DNA from: a virus
IMG/VR virus record: IMGVR_UViG_3300046542_000271
Location: 1 to 64,000 of that record
Reading direction: 5' to 3' (one strand)
Length of the DNA stretch: 64,000 nucleotides
Shown: positions 1 through 9,530 of the stretch, piece by piece
Position numbering within the stretch: position 1 is the first letter of the stretch
Layout: each line of letters begins with the position of its first letter
The notes under the pieces: model-generated
Seen by the model: only the letters and a program-made list of their open reading frames with translations
What the model was told of the DNA's origin: nothing
Databases searched by the model: none
Made by a program: the position numbers and the translations under genes

Positions 1-129
1 CACACTGGGTATTCGGATGACTACTCGGTGCAACGTCGTGGTGACGCAGCCTACGCTGCGCTGGTAAAGATGAGGGATGAACTTGGTGGTAACGCCAAGG
101 CTATCTTCGACTGGTACTCCAACCAGTAA
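1..129 (+). CDS. 3' end of a hypothetical phage protein (partial)
   Basis: Open frame from window start (HTGYSDDYSVQRRGDAAY...WYSNQ) to TAA at 127-129, followed by a hairpin. Confidence 0.6.
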   Translation, partial: HTGYSDDYSVQRRGDAAYAALVKMRDELGGNAKAIFDWYSNQ

Positions 130-136
130 TTTAACC

Positions 137-154
137 GGGGAGGGAAACCTCCCC
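137..154 (+). terminator. GC-rich hairpin, probable terminator or processing stem
   Basis: GGGGAGG-GAAA-CCTCCCC just after the stop; no strong U tract. Confidence 0.5.
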
Positions 155-180
155 CATCTATATCCGTGGAGGATGGGAAC

Positions 181-411
181 ATGAGAAAGCCTAATAAGCG
201 TTTCGGTAACCTGGATTACCTGAGTCAGGGGAAACCGCGTGAGGAAGTCACGTTCCCTGAACCCGAGCCAATCGATCCTGAACTTGCCGACCACAAACGT
301 CGTGCGATGTACGAGTTCGAATTAGCTGTTTACAGAGATGTGAATGCTGGTAAGATCTCGCCAGTTGAAGGCATTACCCGCGTCCGGAAAGTCCTGGACG
401 AAAATCGTTAA
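181..411 (+). CDS. hypothetical protein
   Basis: ATG at 181 preceded by GGAGG; colinear with neighbours. Confidence 0.7.
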   Translation: MRKPNKRFGNLDYLSQGKPREEVTFPEPEPIDPELADHKRRAMYEFELAVYRDVNAGKISPVEGITRVRKVLDENR

Positions 412-438
412 TACATTCAGTCCGTGGAGGACAGCAAT

Positions 439-855
439 ATGTCGTTTACAGCCGCAGTTCGTTACAGCGAAGAACACTTCCATGATAAGGAAGGTGCTCT
501 GTTCACATTCCAGCGTGCCCGTGACGAAGGCATCTGGAACGTGCTGGAAGGTAACGTGGACATGGATGACATCTATGCCCGCCTGCACGACGAGAAAGGC
601 AGCCCTGTGCGCTACGTGCCGGTACAGGACTATTTGAAAGCCGTGTGCGAAGAAGGCTTCTTCTATCCTGGGTATGAAGGCGATATCGGGCTGATCGTCA
701 CCCACTACCGTCACCACTGTAAGACTTACGGTATTGAAGTTCCAGAAGTATGGAACCTCTCCGAGGCGGATATGGACGCGTCGTTATTGACCGTCCTGTC
801 GCGCGCCAACTATAAGCCGATCATGTCGTGGATCAATGCCATCAAGGCAAACTGA
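439..855 (+). CDS. hypothetical protein
   Basis: ATG at 439 preceded by GGAGG; phage-like codon usage. Confidence 0.75.
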   Translation: MSFTAAVRYSEEHFHDKEGALFTFQRARDEGIWNVLEGNVDMDDIYARLHDEKGSPVRYVPVQDYLKAVCEEGFFYPGYEGDIGLIVTHYRHHCKTYGIEVPEVWNLSEADMDASLLTVLSRANYKPIMSWINAIKAN

Positions 856-864
856 GGTGTGAAT

Positions 865-1587
865 ATGGAAACCAATACCGTTAAAGATGTTCAAGATAAA
901 GTACGGATGACGATCAATCATCTACTGGGCGCTGCACTCGATGCTGGCGTCGATCTTCACGACCTGGCTACCCACCACGTCTTCATGCACCACGTTTTCA
1001 CCGACCCGATGAATATGAATAACTTCAAAGCCCTTAGCGAAGGGAATGAAGACATCCTGAAGCCGGGTTGGTTGGGGACATTCTCCAAATATCTGGACGA
1101 ACGTGCTGGGGCGTTCAAGCATTATTCACCGCTCGACATCGTACGGATTTACCAAACCCTCAATACCTCGTTCTTACACGTCTATGTCCTTCAGTCTGAA
1201 CTGACAGAAGTGGTTACTGACTTCTCAAACGACATCCGTGGCCGTAGACCAGTCTGCGTGCTTGATCAAAGAGCCTTGGACGAAGTCAACGCCCTCGTTG
1301 AAGAGCAGATCGGTAAGGCCATCGCGCCGCTAGGGATGTCCCTCGACGAGTTCTTACGAGAACAGCATGAGATCGGCGAAGTTATAGACGGTATCAGTCT
1401 CGGCGAGCTGCATGTCGCGTTCGGCAATGGTCATCCGCACGCCGAACGGATCCGCGAGATCCGCGCTAAGCTCACTCTAGCGGTACGTCTCATTGCGGAG
1501 TATGATCTCAGTGAAGTTAAACGAACGTTTGTTCCTCTGACCGAGCGTCTCAAGCGTCTCAATCCTAACGACAATCCGCTTACGTAA
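865..1587 (+). CDS. hypothetical protein
   Basis: GAGGT SD before ATG 865; ends before a terminator. Confidence 0.75.
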   Translation: METNTVKDVQDKVRMTINHLLGAALDAGVDLHDLATHHVFMHHVFTDPMNMNNFKALSEGNEDILKPGWLGTFSKYLDERAGAFKHYSPLDIVRIYQTLNTSFLHVYVLQSELTEVVTDFSNDIRGRRPVCVLDQRALDEVNALVEEQIGKAIAPLGMSLDEFLREQHEIGEVIDGISLGELHVAFGNGHPHAERIREIRAKLTLAVRLIAEYDLSEVKRTFVPLTERLKRLNPNDNPLT

Positions 1588-1588
1588 A

Positions 1589-1637
1589 CAGCATAGATGC
1601 AGGAGCGTGAGCTCCTGCATCTAGCTTTCTTTTTTTT
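1589..1637 (+). terminator. intrinsic terminator with GCATA leader
   Basis: CAGCAT-AGATGCAGGAGC-GTGA-GCTCCTGCATCT followed by a long T run, between convergent genes. Confidence 0.85.
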
Positions 1638-1639
1638 GC

Positions 1640-4183
1640 TTACTTGATGTTGATCCGCCATCCGTGGAGGAAGCTACGCACATCAATCGCCTCACAGCGT
1701 GCTACACCACCCGATACGGTCTGCTGAGTTTTGTACTCGCTGACCATGCCGTTGCTGGCGTTGTAGTTTGGCATCCAGCCATCGTGCTTGTCACCCGCTA
1801 CCGTGTACAGGTAGATAGGTAGACGGTAGATCTGTTCCATCGACATCGGATTCTCATAGAACTCGAGGTTGATGACCTGACTACCTGCGGTGTGTGCGTA
1901 ACGCTTCAGACCAGCGTTCTTCTCGATTGCCGAGGAGATACCGAGCAGGATCGCTTCTTCACGATCAGACGTGGAGTAGAGCCAGGTGTTATCCTCGCAC
2001 CCATCCCACTTGACCAACGTACCCGAACGCTTGAAGCCAGGCATCAGCTCACTTTGCTGATACATGCTACCGTGATACAGAAAAGCAGGCAGACGGTCGG
2101 GGGTTGCGGTGGTAAGAGTCGACACGTTAGCAGGCGCTGGACTAGCCGATTCCAACGAGAGCGTAACGTCTGCTGCTTCGAGTGCGAGTTCAGTGATGAA
2201 GTCATGGCCATCCAGTTCACCTTCACGAGCTTCTAATGCCAAGCTGTCCAAGTCGACGTTGGTTACGCCGATGATGGAAGCCACCTGTTGTTGCGACCAT
2301 TCCATGATGTCGTTGCTGCGGGTGGAGATGTTTGGAAGATCCCCAGTGTCCAGCAAGACGTCCCACACGTCCACCGGCAGATCCTGACCCAGACGAGCAG
2401 CACGAGCCACGGTCTGTTCCCGGATACCCGAACGGAACGGTTGGTTGAGCAACAGCAGTTGGTTGGCAGCTGTCAGAGGCACAGCAGTCGACAACGACTG
2501 ATACGTTGCTACGAGGGGGTTGAGGTCAGGGACCTTGTAGAACTTAGCCACGATAGCAGCCAGGTCCTTGTTGGTCGAACCGTACACGAGTGCAGGGTCG
2601 TAACCATTCTCCTTGAGGATGACGTTGGACTTCTCCACCACTTCGACGAAGCTTGTGAAGATCAGCGTCTTCTTCTTGGCGTTGTCGATGAAGCGACCCA
2701 TGTCGATGTAAGGCAACATCTCGACGTGGCAGCGCGTACGCTCACGGCCGAGGATACCGCCCAAGGCTTCGCCCATGATCTTGAGGTCAACGTACTTCAG
2801 CACCGAACGAGCCGACTTGAACAGAGGCTTCTCACTCGGGTGGAGGATCGGCATGATGGTGCGCAACTCGAAGCTGTTGCAGTACGCCGCCTCTTCCTTC
2901 ATGAGCTTGGCATCAAACCCAGAGGACACCGTCTTGAAGCACTCCTGGTACTTGGCAAACGCCAAACGTTCCTGAGGTGATTTGATGGTGAGCTTGTAGT
3001 CTTCCAGTCCCCGGTTGTAATCCTGTCGGTACTTGCCGAAGTTCTCCTTGTAGTACTTACGACGTTCCTCGATGAATTTCTTCATCTTCTCGCCGATAGC
3101 ATTAAGGGTGAACTCCATCCCGTTGGGGATCTTGACCATGTGCTGCTTGGTGGTGACCACGATGTCCACCACGTCTTGTTTAGGAACGTGGTACTTCAGG
3201 TGACCGATCCGGTTACGCAGGATGTCGTTGGCACGCTTGGCATCACGGCCCCAGATCTTGCGGAAACGATCTTCAGACTCTTGGTCGAACAGTGGGTCGA
3301 TGCATTTAAGGAACGGAATACATTCCACACCCAGTGCCAGGATCGGAGTGCCCGACGCCCAGTTCACCCAGGACACGCACTTCATCTGGCAGAGTTCAAT
3401 GAAGAACTGAGTCCGCTGCGCGTCGATGCGGTTGAAGTTGTGCGATTCATCCAGCGCCACGAAGATGTTCTTCAATTGAGGCGAATGCATCTTCACGAAG
3501 TTCAGCAGGACTTCCAGCGACTCGTAGTGGCAGATGTAGTAGTGGTGTTCCATGGTCGGCATTTCACCCGACGTCGAAACCCAATACGACTTCTTGTTGA
3601 GCAGCAGATCCTTGATCGAATCTTCCCACACACGGTTGACCGCGTTCTTCGGTGTGAGGATGATTACCTTCTCAGCGTGCAGTGCAGCACCCAAGATCAG
3701 GTTGGTCAACGTCTTGCCCGTACCAGGCCCTGCATCGAGCATGTAGCCCTTCAGACGGTAAGCCGGTACCATGATCCCGAAGTGTTGCACGAACCCGCTC
3801 TGGAACGGTTTGAGTGGGTAAGGGATCTGCTTGTCGACCACGGACATGTCAGTGATGGATTTGGTGTCACGGTCGATCTGTCCCAGCCAGGTTTGTAGTT
3901 TGAGCTCTTCGATGATCTTGGCGATAACGCGACGAGGTAACCTGGTTTGAGGAGCGTTGTACAGCGTCTCCAGGATATAAAGGAAGTCCAGGCCGAAGAA
4001 GTGACGCATCCGCAACTCAGAGCTTCGGGCAATGGAAAACATATTTTTCTGGATGACAGTACTACCCCATGTGGCGTAGATGTCTTTGAACAACTTCATC
4101 GTGTCGATGCCCTGCACTACAATGTAGGTCGGGGTGGTCGTCACGGAGATAATCCCGAGTCGTTGCTTGAGCGCGGCGAACAT
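1640..4183 (-). CDS. SF2/SNF2-like helicase (phiKZ-type virion helicase) with an extra C-terminal domain
   Basis: Walker A DAGPGTGKT, DESH box, SGTP motif III, motif VI QTVARAARLGQ; C-terminal extension after ALE/SLE motifs. Confidence 0.88.
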   Translation of the reverse strand: MFAALKQRLGIISVTTTPTYIVVQGIDTMKLFKDIYATWGSTVIQKNMFSIARSSELRMRHFFGLDFLYILETLYNAPQTRLPRRVIAKIIEELKLQTWLGQIDRDTKSITDMSVVDKQIPYPLKPFQSGFVQHFGIMVPAYRLKGYMLDAGPGTGKTLTNLILGAALHAEKVIILTPKNAVNRVWEDSIKDLLLNKKSYWVSTSGEMPTMEHHYYICHYESLEVLLNFVKMHSPQLKNIFVALDESHNFNRIDAQRTQFFIELCQMKCVSWVNWASGTPILALGVECIPFLKCIDPLFDQESEDRFRKIWGRDAKRANDILRNRIGHLKYHVPKQDVVDIVVTTKQHMVKIPNGMEFTLNAIGEKMKKFIEERRKYYKENFGKYRQDYNRGLEDYKLTIKSPQERLAFAKYQECFKTVSSGFDAKLMKEEAAYCNSFELRTIMPILHPSEKPLFKSARSVLKYVDLKIMGEALGGILGRERTRCHVEMLPYIDMGRFIDNAKKKTLIFTSFVEVVEKSNVILKENGYDPALVYGSTNKDLAAIVAKFYKVPDLNPLVATYQSLSTAVPLTAANQLLLLNQPFRSGIREQTVARAARLGQDLPVDVWDVLLDTGDLPNISTRSNDIMEWSQQQVASIIGVTNVDLDSLALEAREGELDGHDFITELALEAADVTLSLESASPAPANVSTLTTATPDRLPAFLYHGSMYQQSELMPGFKRSGTLVKWDGCEDNTWLYSTSDREEAILLGISSAIEKNAGLKRYAHTAGSQVINLEFYENPMSMEQIYRLPIYLYTVAGDKHDGWMPNYNASNGMVSEYKTQQTVSGGVARCEAIDVRSFLHGWRINIK

Positions 4184-4275
4184 CTGTTAGTCCTTCGAAT
4201 GGGTGGTTATTGACTCATAAATTACGCATGAGGACCGATTGGTATGAGGTGCATTCATATGAAAGGATTAAAGCG

Positions 4276-5175
4276 ATGTTAGAGGCTATGCTAGGTATTC
4301 CTTTTGGCGAGTTACCGCCAAGCATCTATACACGATTACCAGACGGACCTTACCCGATCAACTCAACGTACTCAGCCGCCGCTATCATCGGAACCAAGGT
4401 GTATTTCGAGGGCGGTAAGAACTTTCGTACGTACGATGTAGTCACCGGTGTCTGGAACGACGGTGCAGCGCTCAAGAAGCGCAATACCAACCTGACGTTT
4501 AGTTATGGCACAACCCACGTCACCGGAGGACTCTTACACGTCCACGGTAGTACAGCCGGAGGTATCTATCAACCAGATGCGCTCGCTGGGGGATCGTACT
4601 ACAACCCAGTGACAAACCTGTGGACCGGGGCAAACTTCGGAGGATATACAACAGATCCTTCCTACTACGGTTATAACGTCGCTGGGGCATACGACCCAGC
4701 CACTGGCGTTCTGGTCACAGCCGGCGGTACTGACTTTAACAACGCTGCTAACGCCAGATTGTACGTAGCCGATTTCGCAGCACACAACTTTAATCGATAT
4801 AGCACTCCGTTCTACGCGTTAGGTAATGGTAACAGTGCGCAGTTCGTCAATGGCGCATACTACTTTCTTGGTGCCGGTGGACTCTTTTCGAAGTACGTCA
4901 AGGCATCTCAGGCCTGGACCCAACTACCTAACTGCCCAGGCATGGGTGGAGGTGGTGTCCGCACTACTGTCTACAAAGGTAAGATCATCGCTTACGGCGG
5001 TGGCGCTAACGCAGCCGGTAAGAAACTTTCCATCTACAACCCAGCGACCAATACCTGGATGGCAAAAGAGACAGGAGGACCGGGCGGTACGTATGGGGGT
5101 CTGGTAGTTTACGGCGATACACTCTTTATCTTTACCGGCCTTCAGGTCTGGACAGTCGACCTAACAGGTTTTTAA
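4276..5175 (+). CDS. Kelch-like beta-propeller, probable tail-associated receptor-binding protein
   Basis: Repeated GG...Y(D/N)P.T..W blades (YDVVTGVW, YNPVTNLW, YNPATNTW); AGGA SD before ATG 4276; TATG upstream. Confidence 0.75.
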   Translation: MLEAMLGIPFGELPPSIYTRLPDGPYPINSTYSAAAIIGTKVYFEGGKNFRTYDVVTGVWNDGAALKKRNTNLTFSYGTTHVTGGLLHVHGSTAGGIYQPDALAGGSYYNPVTNLWTGANFGGYTTDPSYYGYNVAGAYDPATGVLVTAGGTDFNNAANARLYVADFAAHNFNRYSTPFYALGNGNSAQFVNGAYYFLGAGGLFSKYVKASQAWTQLPNCPGMGGGGVRTTVYKGKIIAYGGGANAAGKKLSIYNPATNTWMAKETGGPGGTYGGLVVYGDTLFIFTGLQVWTVDLTGF

Positions 5176-5176
5176 T

Positions 5177-5212
5177 AGCATAGAGCCCCTCCCGAAACGG
5201 AGGGGCTCTATG
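5177..5212. terminator. bidirectional terminator hairpin
   Basis: CATAGAGCCCCTCC-CGAAAC-GGAGGGGCTCTATG between convergent genes. Confidence 0.8.
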
Positions 5213-5218
5213 GTGTTG

Positions 5219-8200
5219 TTAGAACGTAAAGCCTTGTCCGCCGATCCAGCGGTTACCTACACCGTCCCACAGAAGGGTGACGATGGTGGTAGTGACACCC
5301 AACACGGGTTGTGTACTGGCGTGCCAAACGATTGTGCCAGGCCAGGTGATCGCTCCTGTCCCGTTGACGATGAGGATCACAGTCATTGCACGGTCTGCGG
5401 CAGGGATTGTCCCCGCTTTGAACGTGATGGTCCGTGGGCCACTGTTGTTGATGGAAAACACTTGTGCGCTCGAAAGATCGAGCTCGGTAGTCGCGGCCAA
5501 CATGGCCACCGAATAAAGACTGAAACGTTCCCAGGCCGCACCACGACGAATGTACGTGAATGTGTTAATTGGCGCGTCTGAGATGCCAGGTGCCGGTAGG
5601 GCGACCCACTGACCTTTCTTACGGACGTACAACTCAGCATCTGCTGCGTCCGAGATACCTGCCGCTGGTGGCGCTGGTGGTTCTACCCACTGACCATCTT
5701 TTCGCAGGTAATACTTGGTGTCGGAAGGAGCGTCGGAGAGATAAACCAACTCAGCCCAATCACCATTGACTCGTACATACTTCTTCCCATCCGTAGGAGC
5801 TTCACCCACGGCAACCACTTGCTCTACCCATTCGCCATTCAGGCGCAGGTAGCGCTTGCCGTCTTGAGGTGCTTCTGTTACGTCGAGGGGTTTCCAGATA
5901 CCGTTGAATCGAACGTACTCGTTGTCATCTTCAACCGCATCGTAGACGTTGCCACCACCCATGAAGCCGAGTGGTCCCCAGAGAACTTCACTGACCTTCT
6001 TGTAGAACTGAAGGGTTTTACTGTTCAGGAAGTAGTCGCCTTTACGAGCATCGACTGGCTGAGGTGCGCGAGGGAGTACGACCCAGATGTTACCTTGAGA
6101 CCCAACGTCCCCTTGGTCACCTTTGTCGCCTTTATCACCCTTGACGGAATCGCCTTTATCTCCCTTATCACCCTTATCCCCTTTAGGGCCTTGGATGACA
6201 CCAAGATCATCGTACGCAGATCCTGTCCAACCCCAGAAGTGCCCATCGATCAGGTAACCTGACCCGAGGGTACCTGTGGCTGGCAATTGCGATACGTTGG
6301 TCTTCTTACCCAGGATACTGATCCCTGGACCCATCTCACCCTGTGGACCTTGTTGGCCACGGATGGTACCCATGCTGACCCAACCAGTGGTCTTGTACAC
6401 CCAGAGGATCGTACCACCCACCACGTACGCATCACCAACACCCATGTCGATCAATGCAAGGCGTGCAGCGTCATCGGCGAGGAAACCTTTCGGGTTAAGA
6501 CCTACACCCACATCCCCCTTGTCACCCTTATCACCCTTGTCCCCTTTCTCACCAACGATCGCTTCGAAGAAGTCAGCTTCGGTGATGATTGAAGGATCGA
6601 TCTCCTTCACGATGTCCATCGCAGACTTTCCGATCTCTCCTGACACATCGCCAAGATCGATCCAGACACCTGCGTTGCTGACGTACATGTGTTTGTCGAC
6701 AGTGTAGCACCAGCCATCCTGATGGCCGATTACCGCGTCCAACGCCTCACGGTCGGCAAGGGTACCTTTCGGTTTAAGGCCAGCACCGGTAGCGCCTTTA
6801 TCACCTTTGTCTCCCTTGTCACCTTTGTCGCCGTCTTCACCTTTAGGGCCTTGAATCGGACCGAGGTTTCTGTACGCCGCACCTACCCATCCCCAGAAGT
6901 CGCCGTCGATGAGGTAACCGTCACCTTCTTCCCCTGTGAGTGGGAGGTCGTCGGTATGGTCAAGCTTACCTTTGAGGATAATGGAGGCGCCCATATCTCC
7001 TTTAAGGCCTTTGTCGCCTTTATCTCCCTTTATCCCGACGCCTTTATCGCCTTGGTCCCCCTTATCACCTTTGTCGCCCTTATCTCCTTTTAAGGGACCG
7101 AAGTTATCCCAGTCGGTGCCAGTCCAGCCCCAGAAGTCAAGGTCAATCAAGTAACCTTTACCGACCTCCCCAGTCTCAGGCAGTTCGGCAGCGTTGGTCA
7201 GCTTGCCAACGATGGAGATACCGACACCAGTGTCGCCCTTGTCTCCTTTATCTCCTGGATCACCTTTGAGGCCGACCCATTCACCGAGGTCTACCCAGAC
7301 AGTGCCGACTCGGGTGTAGAGGTTTCGTCCAACGGTGTAGCTGTCGTTCTCTCCGGCTTGGGCTGGGAGTTGTCCTACGGTGGCTACACGACCTTTAATG
7401 CCCAACATTGGGCCACGGTCACCCTTGTCACCTTGGTCTCCCTTATCGCCCTTATACGAAGCCAGCCAGTTGGCCATCGATCCGGAGAAGCCCTGGCTGA
7501 GGGCCAGTTCGTAAGCTGACTTACCCGTAGGACCTACTTGGGTTTGAAGCCATTGGGCAACCGAGCCCACGAATCCGTTCGTCACCGCGAGATCGTAGTT
7601 CGACTTACCGGTAGGACCAATCGGGCCAATGTCACCCTTATCACCCTTCAGACCACGATCACCAACGACGTGACCGATGTTCTGCCATTGCGTACCCGTC
7701 CAGACGTACAGGTTGTCTCCCACCATGTAACCGTCTGAGACCTTGGCTCCGGTAGGTAGATTACCGACAGCTGGTACTTCGCCTTTCAGCGATACCACGG
7801 CCGCAGAACTACCGGTCAGGCCGATGTCGCCTTTATCACCTTTGTCGCCCTTATCTCCTTTCTGAGTCAAGAGCCACGCGGCTTCGGTACCTAAGAACCC
7901 GTTGGCGACAGCGATCTGGTAGTTACTCTTACCCACCAGGCTGGCGAGCCATTGCACCAGCGTGCCATTGAAGCCACGACTGACCGCACCTTGATACGCC
8001 GAAGCGCCTTCAGGGCCAGGCTCACCCACTTCTTTCCAGGCGGTTGTATCCCACACGTACATCTTACGATTGATGATGTACGTGTCACCAGAGATGTTGT
8101 CATCGGCTGGCAGATACTCGGTACCTGGGAAACTACCCAGTACACGCAAACCAGTTCCATCCATCCCCTGAAGTGAAAGAATCCATTCGTCCTCAGTGCC

Positions 8201-8359
8201 CTCAAATCCGGTTAGCTCGACGGCGATGTCGTAAGCGGATTTACCGGACACCATCACTTCAGAGATGGTGGCTCTTCGGCTATTGCCGTCTTGTACGACT
8301 TCAATCAACTCTTCACCGGACAGCGTATCCGCCGGTGACATGTCTGAAATAGTACCCAT
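5219..8359 (-). CDS. collagen-like long tail fibre protein
   Basis: Many (GDK)n Gly-X-Y runs; 5-6 SAY..AV..GF.G...WL repeats; 8 LP...GD.Y...W.G..W knob repeats; 6 [DE]AP.DG..Y.R..G.W repeats. Confidence 0.85.
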   Translation of the reverse strand: MGTISDMSPADTLSGEELIEVVQDGNSRRATISEVMVSGKSAYDIAVELTGFEGTEDEWILSLQGMDGTGLRVLGSFPGTEYLPADDNISGDTYIINRKMYVWDTTAWKEVGEPGPEGASAYQGAVSRGFNGTLVQWLASLVGKSNYQIAVANGFLGTEAAWLLTQKGDKGDKGDKGDIGLTGSSAAVVSLKGEVPAVGNLPTGAKVSDGYMVGDNLYVWTGTQWQNIGHVVGDRGLKGDKGDIGPIGPTGKSNYDLAVTNGFVGSVAQWLQTQVGPTGKSAYELALSQGFSGSMANWLASYKGDKGDQGDKGDRGPMLGIKGRVATVGQLPAQAGENDSYTVGRNLYTRVGTVWVDLGEWVGLKGDPGDKGDKGDTGVGISIVGKLTNAAELPETGEVGKGYLIDLDFWGWTGTDWDNFGPLKGDKGDKGDKGDQGDKGVGIKGDKGDKGLKGDMGASIILKGKLDHTDDLPLTGEEGDGYLIDGDFWGWVGAAYRNLGPIQGPKGEDGDKGDKGDKGDKGATGAGLKPKGTLADREALDAVIGHQDGWCYTVDKHMYVSNAGVWIDLGDVSGEIGKSAMDIVKEIDPSIITEADFFEAIVGEKGDKGDKGDKGDVGVGLNPKGFLADDAARLALIDMGVGDAYVVGGTILWVYKTTGWVSMGTIRGQQGPQGEMGPGISILGKKTNVSQLPATGTLGSGYLIDGHFWGWTGSAYDDLGVIQGPKGDKGDKGDKGDSVKGDKGDKGDQGDVGSQGNIWVVLPRAPQPVDARKGDYFLNSKTLQFYKKVSEVLWGPLGFMGGGNVYDAVEDDNEYVRFNGIWKPLDVTEAPQDGKRYLRLNGEWVEQVVAVGEAPTDGKKYVRVNGDWAELVYLSDAPSDTKYYLRKDGQWVEPPAPPAAGISDAADAELYVRKKGQWVALPAPGISDAPINTFTYIRRGAAWERFSLYSVAMLAATTELDLSSAQVFSINNSGPRTITFKAGTIPAADRAMTVILIVNGTGAITWPGTIVWHASTQPVLGVTTTIVTLLWDGVGNRWIGGQGFTF

Positions 8360-8383
8360 GTGGATCTCCCCTATATACGCATG

Positions 8384-8977
8384 TTAAGTTCCATCTTGAA
8401 GACGTACCTCGCTGTCCTCAAGATAGCGAATGGCACCATTTTCTTCTAAGCGTACTGGACCGTCTACATCTTCGACCGTGAAGATGAGTGTGGCTGGTCC
8501 GTTGTAATAGTAGTTGTCTTGCGTTGGGCGCAGAACGACTGTCAGTTTCCCCTTCACTATAACGGAAGGGTCGAGCTGACGCCTACCACGACTGTCGGCC
8601 GGGAACAGATGTCCGAACGATTCCATGTCTACGTCTAGTCCAGACATGCAGAACATTGCCAACACGTCTTCCACTAAACCGATCATCTCACTGAAGATGA
8701 TCTCCTTCCACGCAGGTCGAGTCGAAGCGGGGTTGGGGATACCGTAGCCGTTGAACTCATCCTGCAATGTATTGCGACGGTACCGCACCGTCTTTGAATT
8801 CTTGTACTTACCTTCGGGTCTTGCTGTGATGGTGATCTCAGTGTTACTGACGATTCCATTGACCTCAGTCTTGTTGGGTTTCACGCGTGGGGCTGAAATT
8901 TCGATCTGTGATTCATCGATACGATTCAAAGCTTTGGCGTTGATTAATTGCAGAATTCGGATGTCGATATCAGCCAC
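8384..8977 (-). CDS. tail fibre adaptor/structural protein (paralog family)
   Basis: LQLIN...NT.I.I......Y.....V.YRR..L family domain; C-terminal RLEENGAIRYLEDSEVRLQDG repeats; directly upstream of the fibre gene. Confidence 0.65.
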   Translation of the reverse strand: MADIDIRILQLINAKALNRIDESQIEISAPRVKPNKTEVNGIVSNTEITITARPEGKYKNSKTVRYRRNTLQDEFNGYGIPNPASTRPAWKEIIFSEMIGLVEDVLAMFCMSGLDVDMESFGHLFPADSRGRRQLDPSVIVKGKLTVVLRPTQDNYYYNGPATLIFTVEDVDGPVRLEENGAIRYLEDSEVRLQDGT

Positions 8978-9034
8978 GCTGATCTCCCTTTAATAAGGTG
9001 GTTCGTTCATATCGTTTGCAGTTATGTATAGTAT

Positions 9035-9480
9035 GTAACAACAGTGCAGTTTCTACCCCAATGGCCGACACTCGCTCCGTTGGCCGGGGTACCAACGCTG
9101 GGATGTCCTCCCTAGCACTGACACTAGCCCATGCGGGTGGCTGGTGTAGCTATAGCCCGTAATAGTGCTAAGCCTCAGAACCTATCTAGCGTGAGGACAC
9201 GGATAGCTTCTGGGGATTGTCATTATATGTACAATCAGGACATACGTGTCCACACAACTTGAACTCCGACTCCCTGTGGGATCCTTGCCGATCACCGTTA
9301 TAGTTGGCACCGGCGGGTTACGCGATCAATCCTCTGCCACACACGCTTCTGACTCCAGCGACCCAGACCCGGTACTCCGGCGAGGCATTCAATGGTTTCT
9401 GAGCAGGCCTTGGATCATTAGACACGTCGAGTCCCTGGATCACCTGGAGAGGGTGGTTCATACTCGGCGTGTTTATGCTG
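9035..9480. ncRNA. putative structured non-coding RNA (strand uncertain)
   Basis: Nested stems (ACCCC/GGGGT, GGCCGAC/GTTGGCC, TAGCACT/AGTGCTA, ACACTAGCC/GGCTGGTGT, CCTCAGAA/TTCTGGGG, GATTGT/ACAATC, GGACA/TGTCC) and a long terminal hairpin at 9421-9472. Confidence 0.5.
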
Positions 9481-9496
9481 CAACTTTTCCGAACCT

Positions 9497-9530
9497 GTAA
9501 AATTTTACAGGACGACACTATCATTTGAAC
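9497..9530 (+). promoter_or_regulatory. putative middle-type promoter overlapping an 18-bp palindrome
   Basis: GTAAAATTTTACA...ATCA..TGAAC aligns with 61551-61584 and resembles the phiKZ middle motif AAanntTAC. Confidence 0.45.

Noticed and set aside
1660-1672. Additional ATCCGTGGAGGAA match to the SD hairpin motif
   Set aside because: Lies antisense within the helicase 3' end with no downstream + strand gene, and the outer pair is broken
5219-8359. Short repeated DNA (CCTTTATCACC-like) resembling an array
   Set aside because: Explained by GDK collagen codons; no repeat-spacer structure, so not CRISPR
9035-9260. Possible tRNA, tmRNA or self-cleaving ribozyme
   Set aside because: No T-loop GTTCRA with cloverleaf spacing, no tag reading frame, and no hammerhead core recognised by eye
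9246-9500. 84-aa ORF in the structured intergenic region
   Set aside because: GTG start buried in a hairpin, no recognisable motifs, and it runs through long stems; not fully excluded as a leader-controlled peptide
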